From a virus (lineage: Duplodnaviria > Caudoviricetes), in the IMG/VR virus record IMGVR_UViG_3300030116_005302, positions 1 to 53,932 of that record: a stretch of 53,932 nucleotides of DNA, one strand, 5' to 3'. Below, in pieces: positions 53,665-53,932 of the stretch (positions within the stretch are counted from its first letter, which is position 1; every line of letters starts with the position of its first letter). A program made the position numbers and the translations under genes. The notes below the pieces were generated by a model. It was not told the DNA's origin. It did not search any database and saw only the letters and a program-made list of their open reading frames with translations.

Positions 53665-53932
53665 TGAGTAAAAAGCCAAAAAAAGATAAACCTAGTCCAT
53701 ATGAAATAGCTTCTAGACAATTTGCGGCTATTCAAGAACGTGAAAACTGGAATGTAGCTACCGACTTGTTACCTGTATTTAAAAATTTTGCAGAAACTGA
53801 TTATGGAAAAGAACAAGCTGCTTTAGCAAATGCTGAATTAGCTCAACAACGTGCTCAAATGAATCCAATAGGTTTAGCATTAAGCCGTGGTAGTCTAGGG
53901 GAAGGTAGTACAGCTACTTTGGATTATATTCA
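53664..53932 (+). CDS. 5' part of a virion protein, running off the window end
   Basis: TAATG overlap; open frame MSKKPKKDKPSPYEIASRQF...TLDYI to the last base. Confidence 0.7.
   Translation, partial: MSKKPKKDKPSPYEIASRQFAAIQERENWNVATDLLPVFKNFAETDYGKEQAALANAELAQQRAQMNPIGLALSRGSLGEGSTATLDYI

Noticed and set aside
1-53932. tRNA, integrase, repressor, spanin and methyltransferase genes
   Set aside because: None was recognisable by eye. Small membrane ORFs (18108, 22533, 23018) could be atypical lysis factors, but I found no lipobox.

Overview
The window is a near-complete genome of a tailed dsDNA phage (podovirus-type architecture, AT-rich, probably marine), opened inside a virion-protein gene. 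It has two divergent transcription blocks. The plus-strand late block runs 43328->53932 and continues 1->~24270. It holds TerS, TerL, a P22-like portal, scaffold, an N4-gp56/DUF4043-like capsid, adaptors, three ejection proteins (one ~2800 aa with a lambda-type lysozyme and a HExxH motif), an M15 endolysin, a holin, tail fibres with chaperones, a nozzle and Lys-rich microproteins. The minus-strand early/replication block runs ~43050->24245. It holds small early genes behind repeated hairpin cassettes, an iteron array, a MoxR-type AAA plus metallopeptidase-vWA module, an SNF2 helicase, an SSB-like protein, a Leu762 family A polymerase, a primase-SF3 helicase and two PD-(D/E)xK nucleases. The most striking observation is that the phage encodes both a FliS-like flagellin chaperone lacking its N-terminal cap and a CsrA/RsmA-like translational regulator, a candidate system for manipulating host flagellin and motility. 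Also notable are the repeated early hairpin cassettes, a tandem-pseudoknot capsid leader and two structured intergenic regions. No integrase, tRNA, CRISPR array or reverse transcriptase was recognised. All family calls come from motif recognition by eye, not database searches.
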